Below are positions 24,029-36,500 of a stretch of DNA of 64,000 nucleotides, in pieces (position 1 is the stretch's first letter; each line of letters opens with the position of its first letter). Origin of the DNA: Amoebophrya sp. A120 (taxonomy: Eukaryota; Protista; Dinoflagellata); contig CAJINV010000016.1 of the NCBI GenBank assembly GCA_905178155.1, positions 1,563,102-1,627,101 on the forward strand, given 5' to 3'. The notes below the pieces were generated by a model that did not search any database, had not been told where the DNA came from, and saw only the letters and a list, made by a program, of their open reading frames with translations. A program made the translations under genes and the position numbers.

Positions 24029-24369
24029 AATTTTAGCTCGGTGTAGAGGAGCTCGCATTTTCCGGAAGTGAAGTTGTTTTGCTCGGTTGAAGTTGAGTTT
24101 CCGGAAATGATGATGTTTTGGTTTTCGGTGAGACGAAGTGCTGGCGTCGGTGAAAAGAATGTTGGTTCCGTGCATCGGTAACGTCGGTGGTTCAGATAGA
24201 ACCTGTGCTCCCACGAAATCGGTTTTTGCATGACAAAAAATTGTTTTCTCCATGAACAAAAGAAGTTTTCATGACAATCGAAGTCGGTTTTTCCATTTTA
24301 AAAAATGAAAAATACGGCTCAGAAAATGCAATAGTTAATACTGAACTTTCGTACTTTGTCCATTCATAG
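23989..24369 (-). repeat. Right terminal inverted repeat (381 bp)
   Basis: Reverse complement of 7430-7810. Confidence 0.95.
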
Positions 24370-24412
24370 GTCGTAGTCCGCTATAATACAACGCCCAACG
24401 ATTAAGTCGCAA

Positions 24413-24640
24413 AGCAGTTTAAAAAATGCTATCTAGGTTTTAAGTTTACCATGCGTATACGCATCTAAAACATGATTAGCTAGATGTTTAAATAGCTAGC
24501 AGGAACGACCGCTCCGGATGTGTCCACATCCGGAGCGGTCGTTCCTGCTAGTAGCTATTTAAGTATCTATTTCAATAGTTACAAAGTGGGTCTTTGCATC
24601 ACCTTTTCAATAGCTAGGTAGCATTTTATAAACTACTTTA
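24413..24640. repeat. Foldback element with a central perfect 27-bp-arm hairpin (24496-24551)
   Basis: CTAGCAGGAACGACCGCTCCGGATGTG-TC-CACATCCGGAGCGGTCGTTCCTGCTAG; outer arms AGTTTAAAAAATGCTATCTAG / CTAGGTAGCATTTTATAAACT. Confidence 0.8.
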
Positions 24641-26307
24641 GGATTTAATCGTTGGGCGTGTTATATGGATCGAGGTGGTGGTGGTGGTGGAGGTGGTGTC
24701 CACCACCACCTCCTCGTCCGAGCGCACGACCCGGTCACAGCAGCAGTAAGCCAACAGCCCCGCCCCGGCCATGCACTCAGCAACAACTGGGGGTTTTTCG
24801 CCAAACTCAAGCAGCGTTTCGGCTGTCGCGGCGTGTCCCTTTGCAGCTAGCTGCGGCACGGAGTTGCAGTGGTTGTGGATTTCCGCCAGACTGGTATCCC
24901 CGGTGTGGTCCGTATCAGCTGCCAACACGCCGGGCATCTCCTCGTCGCTCAGCACGCCGTCGTGATTCCGGTCCTTCTTTTCAAACGCACACAGCAACCC
25001 GGACTGGCACGCGTTTTTCAAAACCGACCACTTCCCGGTCTGCTGGAAGGACTGGATTCCCAAGTCGATGGCGTAATCGGAGAGACCACACGTGTCCTTT
25101 CTCAGCTTCGTCCGCAGGAGGCTTTGTTGGGACTGAAGTGAGTTTTTTGTTTTTTTTCTTGTTGTGCACAAATGCAGTGGCGGAGTTGTAGATCTTCGCA
25201 CTTGCATGATTATTAAATGATACTGTTATTTAAACGATGAAATATATATTTCACCGTTTGCAGGAAAGAAAACGATGAGCGAAAATAAAAATCACAACTA
25301 AAAACGAAGAGTTGTAAAGTTCCTTCGATAAATCAAAAAAAAAAAGCACCTGCAAACTCTGCATGGCCATTTGATTGTCCACCAACATCTCCATGCTTGC
25401 GATAACATCCTCCAACTGCTTGCTCGGCTTTCCGACCTGCAGCATGGTCGACTTGGCTCCCGCAGCAGCATCCTTTTGCGACAGCCCCTTCATCGGGGCC
25501 ACTCCAGCTCCGTATCAGAGTGCACAACTCGTCGCCCCCCTCCCCGTCATTTAAATTTCTCATGCAGATGATGTACTAGAATACCATCAAACCAACTACT
25601 CCTTGAGATTGGTCGTGATGATTCGTGTGTGACAACTTCCAGAAACCCAGACACAATCGAAGTCCATGTTCCAGGTGTTGATGGTGCTTGTCTCACTCGC
25701 CGTAGACAGCGAACTTTAAATAAAGGAGAGGGGAGCGACACGCTGTGCAAATTCATACTCCGCTCGCAGCGCTGAAACCTGCCTTCTCGTTCACGGCGAC
25801 GGCTGTGATGTTTAGAAGTGTCGCACTTGTATTGATTTATTGTACGGCACGTTTGCAAAAATAAATGGTGCAGATCATGCAATAGACACCAGAGTTACGC
25901 GAGGGCTTGTGATGTTGCTCTGGTTGACTGTGCTTCGAGTTCCAGGTGAGGAGTGATGTTACTTTTCATGCACTACCTATATAATTTTCTTTCTTTCAAT
26001 TCATGCAAAACAAATTCGCAGCGCTGTTTTTTCGACGAAATCGATGAACACAGAAAATAAGTATATCTAAATATACCCTGTTTGGCGGGGGGGGGGGGTC
26101 GACTGCGTTCATCTGGCCGGTCGAGGAGTGTGTGGAAGCTCCAGACGAGGATTGCCCTTTGGCGTTTTTCTGCTCCCCCAGCTTCGCCAAGGCGAAGTGA
26201 CTGGTGTCGTACAAGGAAACCAACAACGCGGTGAGAAAGGGCAGCAGGGGAATCTTGTTGGGCGCAAGAACAGCGACCTCGCACTTGTTGGCGCGGCCAC
26301 GCATCAT
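24638..26307 (-). CDS. Putative secreted EF-hand protein (multi-exon)
   Basis: DRNHDGVLSDEE and DTDHTGDTSLAE EF-hand-like loops; hydrophobic N-terminal segment LLPFLTALLVSL; GT-AG intron at ~25135-25349. Confidence 0.5.
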
Positions 26308-27509
26308 CTTCCGTCTGATGTCGAAGATGAAGCCTGAACAAGAAGAGCCTTCTACTTCGACTTTAGTCCTTTTTCACCACGGCAGACCTTTTTGTTCGAA
26401 GAACCAACAATATTGATATTCTTGATTCCCGTTGTTCTAAAATTCTAGTGTTCCAATCCTGTTCGCCATGTAATGCGCCATGCTTTCAGAGATAGAAGAT
26501 CTTCTGGCTTTTCATATTAGAGAACTCGACATCAACTGCTACTGAACTGGTAATAATCGGTCGTTTTGAAGAACCTCCCTCCACACCTGCTCTGACTCTG
26601 AAACACAAGCGGCGATCACTTTACTTGTTGAAACTTGTATTTGTCTTCGGTTTCATTCACGGTTGAACAACAGCTTCAAGTATGTTTTTAGTAGGCAGAC
26701 GGTACTAGGACCAGCAAAGAACGAAGCACGTGCCTTCTCGGAGAGAAATTGGCTTTGCAGTCAGGAAGGAAAAGTAGAAGAAGTCTAGGCTTGTTTAGTC
26801 TCTCTCAGCCCTTTGCCTTTGATTTTCAAGACAACTACCAAATATCCCACTTAGTAGCAGTGGACAAAAAATTTGCACCTGCATACACACACTGATTTGC
26901 TCCTCTTGCTCTTGTGAGAAACGAAAGGAGCTCTGGGATTTGATGTAAAAATTTCTTCTTCTTCTAGTTATTCTCGAATTGTGGCAAAGCAAAGAGCGAC
27001 ACACTGAGCGATCTCTTCACTATAGGAAAATCAAGATACACAATGAGAAAGAGTATGGAAAATGCATGATAAGTCGCAATTTGATTGCAAAGTAGGCTCT
27101 AATTTGGTGCTTAAGTAAAGGAAGCTGTTGAAAAGATCGAAATCGGCGGCGCCCCGTGTGGGAGGAGACCGCCGTGATATTAGTCGAGAGTATGTTATCA
27201 CCTAAACAAAGTTTAAAGCATTTAATTAAAATTTAAGTATAAGTATTTTAGAAGCAATATAGCAAAAATGGAAAAAATATCAAACAAAACGAGCCCTACA
27301 CACCAGAATCGAGAAAATGGTTGGGTTAAGCTCGTGAAACACACTAGAGTTTTTTTGATTTTGAACGAATTAGGATCACAAAAACCTCGGAAGAACCTCA
27401 TCTTCTTCATCTTCTATAGGATTCAAACACTAGACCTAGAGTGCTCCTAAAAATGAAAAAAAATTAAAAAAATTTCAAAGCATCGCCACTTTCGGCGTTG
27501 AAGCATGAC

Positions 27510-30500
27510 TCAAAAGAAATCGAAACTGCAGGCCCGGAGAAACCTCGCGCTGTTCATGGAAACGTAATTTCGAAAGCTTGACCCCTGTTGCCGGAACCAG
27601 GTGCCCACGGTTTCCCGATTTTCTGTCTGATTCGACGCGGACATCAGCCCGGACATATGGCTATTCGCGTCCATCCGGTCAACGCCGTGCGCGTACACGA
27701 TATAATCGCTGTCGGAACTGGTGCTGCTCATGCGACTTGCGACACCGGCGCCCTTTTTGGTGCTGGTCGTGGCGGTTTTCGAGGAAGCAGTCGAGGTAAT
27801 ATTTTTACCAGCCTTTTTCCCACCGGGATTCGGCCCTGCAGGTTGCGCACTGATTTCCGGCGCTGAAGTTGCGGGAGCAGTGCTGATGGAATTTCTCGAT
27901 GATGAAAACAGTGATTCCCTCGCGAAAACCCCCATCGACCCCCGCTCCCCCACCATGAACAAGTGTTTCTTCACCTTCCTAGACGTGAAAATCCCGGTTG
28001 TCGCCGCGGTCGAAACGAAATCGAGCTTACTCACTAACGTCGCTAAACAGATCTTCACGTGACACAGCGTCAACAAAGTTGGAACGGGCAGTTCTTTTGG
28101 GATCTCTTGAACGTAGAACCAGCGTTCGGGCACGAAAGACTGTGCGTCGTTTCCGTACTTCCAGGTAGCAATGTTGGCGGAGGAGGTGCAGTACAGAAGG
28201 CAGTTGTTTTCGTTGTCCGTGTGAGGGAAAAAGGTTCCGTCCGGTAATACCTCCGACTCGAACACCGTCACCCTTCTTTCGTCCGTCTTGGGCATCGGGT
28301 GCAGCCGGATGGTTTCCAGAATCACGTTGTTCAAGAACGGGAGTTTGTGGTTCAGCTTGCCGGAAGTTGTGCCCAACAAATTCCCAGCAGTTAGCGGCGT
28401 GGCATCCAATTCCTGGCGGAGTTTTTGCAAAACGTGGGGGTGCTTGGACAACTCGAAAAGACTGTACTGCAAGATATGCGCAACAATTTCGTACTCGGAA
28501 GCGAGTAAAGACAGGCAGAAATCGGTTACAATCCGCCGGTCCATGGCCTCGACGGAAAGACAGTCTTTCAGAATCAGGGTTAAAAAGTCGCTATCAAATG
28601 TAAAAATGTCTGGGTCTGGAAACTTGTAATGCTGCGTTGGGAATAGTGAATGCTCTGTGATGCACAGCCAAGCATGAGAAATATCTACGCTTCTTTCTCT
28701 TTGTGTTGCGTTTTTCGCATGACAAACTGCGTTTTTGCATGACAGGCAAAAGGGTCTCTTCTTGAACACGCATCACAAACTTTTCGGTCATGCCAGACAA
28801 GCATGACAAATCTCGCATTCTTCCAGACCCAGACACTTTTGCATTTGATAGTCGCTACTGGCGTTCGTCTGGCGTCTTGTCAGCTCGCTCAACTCCAAAA
28901 TTCTGTCGTTGACGATGCTGGTGCTGTAAGCCCGCAGGTCGCCGATCAGGCCGGGAAGCTGGGTGTTGTACTATCAAAGTGAAAAAAGCCCCCACCCCAT
29001 ATCGGAAACGGAAGATGCGCGAATTTGTGATGCTGTATTTGAGTACACAAATCGACTTCGACTTGTATTGCTAGAAGGCCAATAGACGAAGCTGCGGCCG
29101 CCTAAATTGCAGGCAATCTGTCATGCTGTTTCCCACTTCCAGCTGCCTCCTGTCATCCTGGAGCTGCAAGGCTTTCCCACGCTAGACAGCACTACAGTCC
29201 GCATCTTTTGCCTTCTAGCATCACAAAGCTGATTTGTGACCACAAATCTGCATCACAGATTTCCGTTTTGATATGGGGAGGGGGCATTTTTCATTGTAAT
29301 ATGTACCGGATGAACTTCCTCACATTATTCGGGTCCTTCACAACGTTCCCCAGGCCGGCGAACTTGTACAGCAGTGGGTGGTAACTGGTGGTCTATGGAA
29401 GCGTCAGGTTTGAAATCGTCAAAGTTGAAATAATTTGTAATGCATAAAATGCATGACCCGAGGTACGTGTGTTGCAGAGCAGGCAAGTGGGGCCGATTGT
29501 AAGCCTGTTTGGGGCTACAGGTCGAGCTGCTAAAGTAGCATAAGAGAGTCGCCCTTCTTTGCCTAAACAGCATGACAAAGTGGATTTAGGGACGACCGAA
29601 ATTTGTCTTGCGCCACTTGAAAACTGGGTTCCAACTGGCATCCATTTTATGCATGGCAAATTATTTCAACTTTGTCGATTTCAACTCTGACACATCCATA
29701 TGGTCGTCGCATGCAGTAAGGTGTCCGCTTGCTCGTTGCCGTAGGTGACTTCCGCCATCGTGGACAGTGTGTACTTGTGCAGCTGAAAATCCATGTCCAC
29801 GTTGGGCGTGATTTTTCCTGACACAAGCTGCTGAGAACTGTTAGTACTTTGCGGATAATTATTCTTTTCCGTTATGTAGATTGAACCCAGGTTTTTCAGC
29901 GCCTTTTTCGATTTCGTCTTTGCGGTACTGGTATTTTTCTTCGTACTTGACGGAGCAGGAGCAGCTACTGTCGCCTGACTCGCGGCTTTGGCTGTTGGCT
30001 CCTGCTGTCCGCGCGGCGACTGCTTGTTGATGTTCTCTGCGGTTAAATAGTCCCGCTGGAAGGAGACCCTGTTTGTTCCCGTTCCCCCGCTTGCACTATT
30101 GAGCGGTTTTTTGCTCGTGGACAAGGGGGCTGTTGTAGTACTTGGTGCGGCCTGTGGACTGTCAGACGTGTTCAACGATGTGCCCTCCATGTTGTACCCG
30201 ACGTTTTCACTTTCCCGCCGCGAACTGTTCCGGCGGAGAACGTCGTCGGCGTTCGAGAAGGTGCTTGCAGAGCGCAGTGCGTCGTATCTGTTCTTAGTCG
30301 GATCATTCTTCTCGTTCTGTTGTGTTGACAAAACGCCGAACACGTTTGTTTTCTTGTCCGATCCAGATGAACCACTGCCTACTGAGTCCTGTTTCAGTGG
30401 CCGGCTGGTGGTTTTCAGATTGCCCGCGGAGAGTGGAGGTGCAGCCGCAGTCCTCGCGGTCACCTTCCCAGTGGCCTTCACACGAACGGTGCCAGCAGTT

Positions 30501-33500
30501 GCTTCGCCCTCCGGCTTGGCCAGTCGTTTCGTACTCGACACCACGACTTTTGGGGTCCGGGAGACGTTTTTGTTCTCGTCGTAGAAGATCGCCAGAAATT
30601 TGTCATCGTTTTCGTCCTGCAACAACGTGTCAAAAGTCCACGGCGGGGTCACGTCAATGTCGAGGGTGGTAGGTCCTTGAGTGCTGGTGCCAAAGCTCGC
30701 GCTATCGATGCTGTCGACAAGATTAAATGGGGAAGCGCCGGAAGTAGTGGTCCCGCCAAACATCAATTCCTCAGGTAGGTTCATTTGCACAGCCAACGGG
30801 ATGTTGTTCATGTTGTTCCGGGTCGCGATATTCATTGGAGACTGACTTATGTCGATCTCAATATCTGCATTGTCCTCCTCGTCTTGCTCTCTTTCCCCGT
30901 AAAACAAAAACCCACCAGGACCCCGGTGGGACGGAACATCATTTTCAGAAGGAGGAGCGTGAACTTCATTTCTTACACTAGCACCGCTGTTCATGCTGCG
31001 CCCTCGCTGTTCGACGGAGGAAAGAAGAGACGCTTTGGACGATCCGCCACTTATTTTCGATGAGGTTTCGAACCAGCTTGGATTTTTGCTACTCTCCCGG
31101 TAAAACAGAGCAGGCTGGGTGCCGCTGATCCGCGTCGCCGACGGTGCACGGCTGGAATTCGTGGAGCTGCGAGCTTTGTTCGTGTTGTCTGCTATAATTC
31201 CAACATCCGTAGTAGAATTCTTGCTGCTCCGAGCATCATTCGCAGGAGCATCGTTCGCATTGACACTAGCGGTCGAGGAAAGCGTTGTAGCTGCTGCACC
31301 TCCTCCAACACCCGATTGCGATTTCGGCCTGACTCGCGCGTTCACCTGCATGCGGATTCGGTCCGGCGTTGGGCTGGCAGAATTATCCGAGGGTGACCGC
31401 ACTTTCACGTTCACTTTTGCCTTCACGCGGATGCGCCGCGGGTCAGACGCACTACTTGATGTGCCCGCTTCTGTTGCAGTTGTTCCCAAAACCGCGACAG
31501 TCTTGGTCTCCTTACTGTCCTGCTTTTTCACGGGAATTGTCCCCGTCACTGGTTTATGCATTGCAAAAATGTCTGGGTCTGGAAGATTCTGAAACTTGTC
31601 ATGCACGTTTTGTGTGAGCCATGATGTCAGTGATGCATGCCCCAGCATCACAGATTTCGCGAGGGCTTCTTGATGCCTAGTCTGCATGACAAATGCCCTC
31701 TCCGCATAGCAAAAATTGCATTCCCTTTGCTGCTCATGCATATACACATTTTTTTAGAATCCAAACGCAGCATCACAAGTTTGCATTCTTCCAGAGCCAG
31801 ACATTTTTGCATTTGATATGGTTTTGACAAGCTCCGCGGCCCTTGCAACTGGCTATGAAAGCCTCAGGTTGGAAATCCTCAAAGTGGAAATAATTTGTGA
31901 TGCATGAAATGCGACACCAAAAAGACTGTATTGCAGAGAACGCAATGGAGGCCGACTATTGTTCTGCTAGGGGTGAAGAATTGGAGTGCTGCTCAGCACG
32001 AGAGAAGGGCACCCCTTTGCCTTAACCTGCATGACAGACATGCTTTAAGTGCCCGGGAAATTTGTCATGCGCCGACTACAAATGCCGCTTCAACTGGGGT
32101 CGCTTTTTTGCATTACAAATTATTTTCACTTTGAGGATTTCCAACCTGAGGCTTTCATACTGCCCCGGCCCAGTTTTCGACCTAACGGCCAGCATCTTCG
32201 GCGGGGCAGACCGCTCACGCTGGGCAGCTGCTGTTGTTGGAATAGCAGCGACGGTTGCACGCTTGTTTCCCTTTCCAGTCGAAGGAGTAGTTCCGGACGA
32301 CGCTGCTGCCGCAACGGTCGACGTTCTGGCCGCGGCTGTCGTGGCCTTGATGGCGACCTTATTTGAAGATGTGCCGCGCTTTGCTGCTTGACCCGCACTA
32401 ATGTTCTTGTCAGCATTTATCCGGAGAAAAAACGTCCCCACACCAGACTCAAGATGGGAAATCTGCTAGACAAATCAACCAGCTTTCGCTGTTTCGCATG
32501 ACAAGTTTGCCCTCATAGTGTGTTCCTGTTTCGCTACTTCAGCAGCATCACAAACCTAGCATGTCATGCTGATTCTAGCATCACAAATTCCAAAACACGA
32601 CTAGGCAATGCTTCTCATGGGGCTCCGCATGAGAAACTTTTTTGGCATGCAGAATTGCATGACAACTCTGGGGTGGGGACGTTTTTACTCAGAATAGCAT
32701 TAGCATTAGTTCCCAGTCCCCCGAACGGTTCCTCTAAAATGGGCGCGAACTCCGTGGACCGCGTCGACCGCGGGCGTTCTCCCGGAGACGAAAGAATTCC
32801 TGTTTGCTCCCGCGAGCTCGCCGGGGAAAACATCGAACCCAGGAGCTGACTGCTGCCCAGAAACTCCGTTTCGTCCCCCCGGGTCGCTCGCTCGCTGTGC
32901 TTGTTCTATCGTGAGTAAAAACGTACCCACACCAGAGTCAGGATGGGGATTTTGCAACACAAACCTAGGAGCTTTGTGAGTCACGCATGACAAGTTTCAG
33001 TCCGTAACGTAGTGCAAGTTAGCAAGTGCAGCCGCATCACAGATTCATCTGCGCATCCTGTTCACAGCATCACAAATTCCAAAACACGACTGGAAATGGC
33101 TCTCATGGGGATGCGCATTACAGGTCTTCCTGTCTTTGCAAATCTGCATTACAACTCTGGTGTGGGTACATTTTTACTCAGGATATGTTCCCGGACGAGT
33201 TCAAAGCATTGGAAGAGTAAAACCGGCTCAAGTTGTTCGCATACAAGGTCATCATTTCCCTGGCCAACGGGGATTGCGGCAGGTCTTGGTTTATCCGTGC
33301 GTTGTTCATTCCGCGCGCCGGCAGCAAATTTTCGTTGTTCGTCCGGTAGCGATTGATCGAAACGGTGGCGTTGTCGTTCTTCGGAATGTTTTCCATCGTG
33401 CGCGTGTACCGGGTCGCGCTTGTCCCGTCGTCTCGAACTAAGGAAAACAGAGAGTTGAAGCTGTTCAAGCTGATCCTCCCCACGATCGTGACCACCGCAA

Positions 33501-36500
33501 CGGGGATTTCGGCGACCTGCCGCACGAAGCCCGCGTTTTCGGAAAACACATCCGAGAAGACAGAAACCGAGCTGCTGTTCCTGCGGTGCGACTGTGCCTG
33601 TGTAGTAGTTCCACTGCTTGTCACGGTCAGAAGTTGCGAGCGCGAGCGGGCGGAAGAGCCGCCAGTCAATATTCCTGTCGCACTAGTACTTCCGGTCAAA
33701 TAGTTCGCGACAGCGCGAATCACGTCCCGGAAAATCGCCCAGAGTGCCTGGAAAAATTCGGACACATCGTACACACCGGAGAGCACGTAGCTTCTCAAAG
33801 AAAACGGCTGTCTCTGAACCAACGGCTGCTGCCCTGCTTGGACGTACTGGCTGGATTGGCGACTGGAAGTAGCATTCTTGTCGGAAGAACCACCCGAGGA
33901 TGAAAGACTCTGTGTGCTCATATTGCCGGACTGGAGGGCGAAATTCGGGTTCTGAGGGCCAAAGGAAAAATTGCTGTTCGGTTCGAGTTTGATGTTGGTC
34001 TGCCTTGTGCTTGTATTTTGCACGCCGCTGATCGGCTCATTTTCCTCACTAATCCGCTCCAAACCGTCCTCGGCAGCGGCCGAACTCCGTTGCGTACCCC
34101 GCCCCGCTCGGGGCAAGAACGCCGTCGCGCGGCCGTACTCCACACCGTAGAAACCCGCAGTGGATTCGGGTTCGAAATTGTAGCCGTATGCTGTGCAAAA
34201 GTATCGTACTCGTACTAGTTGCAAACATGCAAGACAAATCTTCCTCCTAAGGTAAAACAGCATTACAAATTGCATTTTTCTTCCTGAAATAGTTTGTGAT
34301 GCAATTGATACTAGTACGAAACTTTTGCAATGCATAACCCGCTGTCTCGGTCGATCTTGGAGTCTGCAAAGGTGGTTGGCCGAGGACCTGCTCCCGTTTT
34401 AATGTTAGTGGTCTGCCGCGCTTTCTTATCCGCAGTTGAAGAAGAACTCCTGTCCAGCGAGTACCGCAACGTCAATTCATCGACGTTGCTGTCCCGCTGG
34501 AGCAAAATTTCGCTGCTGTCCTGCCGTTCGGAAGACCCGCGATACCCGACAGACGACGCCAACGGCCGCCAGATGGTACTAGCCGTGGACGGTAACACCC
34601 TCCCGCTCTTGTCCTCTGCGTTCTTCAGCATGCGGTCCGTCCAGGTGGACACGGGCTCGGTCCCATTCCCGATTAGTTTTTTGTTCGCATTCGCATTGTT
34701 GTTTTCGTTCCCGAAATTCACCGCGCGGGACTGGGAGAGCAAAACGTCGACAAATTTGTTTGCTTGTTTTTGAAACACCCCCAGAATGTACTCATTCACA
34801 ATCTCGTTCTTGTACTTCTCGATCAAAATCTTCTGCTCCTGGGCGAATCCTGGTGTATAATTCGCAGTAGAATTTTTGTTGTCCCTGTCGAAGAGCAACG
34901 CAGCAGCGAGATCCTTCTCGGGAACATCCGCGAACTGCCAATTCTCCTTGTTCTTATTCTCGACAAAATCCAAGCACTCCGGATCTTCCGTCAACACTAG
35001 GTGCCGCATCGGGTAGGGCAAGGGCACGTACAAAGTCGTGACCCTTTGGCTCTGGTGTTGCGAAGGAGCTCCGTGGACGATGAATTCCGGAAACTTTTCC
35101 TCGGTCGCCTCGTCGAACGCAGCTCTGACCGCGAGTTTGAACGATTCCGTGTCGGTTCTGCCATAGTTGAAGACGTAGTAGTTTCGGAATTGTCGAAGTA
35201 ACTCCGGCAAAAACCAGATCTTCCGATCCGCCCGCAAACAGTTCTTCGGATTCGCTCTGATCCACCGGAAGTAGCAATCGTGGGCGAAAAGAAGAATCAG
35301 TGGGGTCCCGATAAGCAAGCCAACGTTGTCGTTGTCTTGCAGGGCTTTCAGAAGCTGGTCGGGGTTTTGGTACCCGGTCAGCTGTATCCTGTGCAAAAGT
35401 ATCGCACTCGTAGTAATTGCAAGCATGCAATACAAATCTTTTGCTTAAGGTAAATCCGCATGACAAATTTGATATCTCATACTGAGGAAATTTGTCATGC
35501 ATTTATACGAGTACGATACTTTTGCAATGCATAAGCTGCTTGATGGTTTGGTCGCGAAGTTTTTTTGTGATTCTCACAAATTCCACTGTCTTCGTGATCG
35601 TGAATTCGTAGAAACCGTTGAAGGTCTGGATGACAATTGTCCCGAAAGAATTCACTGCGGAAGAGGCGGAAGTTGCGAGGGAGGTGGAGGAAGACGTACC
35701 GGTTGGTGGAGGTCCGCCAGCGGTTCGTGCTGTTGCACTCGCAGTCACAGTCGCGGTACTAGCAGCTCCAGTTCGGTTGCTTCGCTTCACGAAATCGCCT
35801 TCTTCGTATTTCAAAAGCTCCTCAACGGATTTGTTCCCTTTTCCCGGCCGCATAGCTGCTGCACCAGAACTTCTCGCTGTCGCTTGCTTCACCCTCGTCG
35901 ACACAATTGTCACTTGGTCCGCCACAGCTCGGTAAACGACCTTGACAGGGTAGGCAACCAGTTGGTAACAGTTTTTAACCACATTCCACACCAACATCCC
36001 GGATTGCTTCAAGAAATCGAGCAGTGTTTGGAAAAAGTTTCTGAAAGCTTTATCCACCTGCTTGGAAACTCTTTGCAGAAAATCCTTCCCAAATAGCCCA
36101 TCGACCTCCGGCGCGCGCCTGGTGCGGAGGGAGGCGGTGCTGTAGGGTCGTTGCCCAGCCGTCCCGGTGTACTCGTGTTCGTAGGGGTTGTAGTGGTCTT
36201 GGTTCTGCAAGTGTTCGGAATGGATCAGTTGTCCGTACAGACCCTTGCTGGTTTTCGAAGTTCCGGTGGTTCCGGCTTTGGTGGCAGCAGTCGTCGTGGC
36301 CGCCCCTTGTTCTACTACTTCCAACACTTTATTTCTCCTCTCCCCCGAAATCGTCAGCGACCATTCCTCGTCCAATCCGGGGAAAATGAAGACTAAAACC
36401 CTCTTCACCGGCTTGGATAACACCACGTTTTCGTAGAACCAGCTCCTCACAAATTCCACCGACCCAGAGAAGAAGTACACAAACCCGTCATACGGCATGC

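Larger units (their letters stand above)
7431..24368. mobile_element. Giant TIR DNA transposon (~16.9 kb) carrying a hAT-like DDE transposase and a tyrosine recombinase
   Basis: Near-identical 381-bp inverted repeats at 7430-7810 and 23989-24369; ends TATGAATGG...CCATTCATA; internal DDE and tyrosine-recombinase ORFs. TSD unclear: AGTAC/GGTCG, or GTAGTA/GTCGTA if the ends are 7430/24369. Confidence 0.85.

Noticed and set aside
7431-24368. Polinton/Maverick or endogenous virus
   Set aside because: Size and TIR length fit, but I see no protein-primed PolB, packaging ATPase, capsid or retroviral-type integrase motifs
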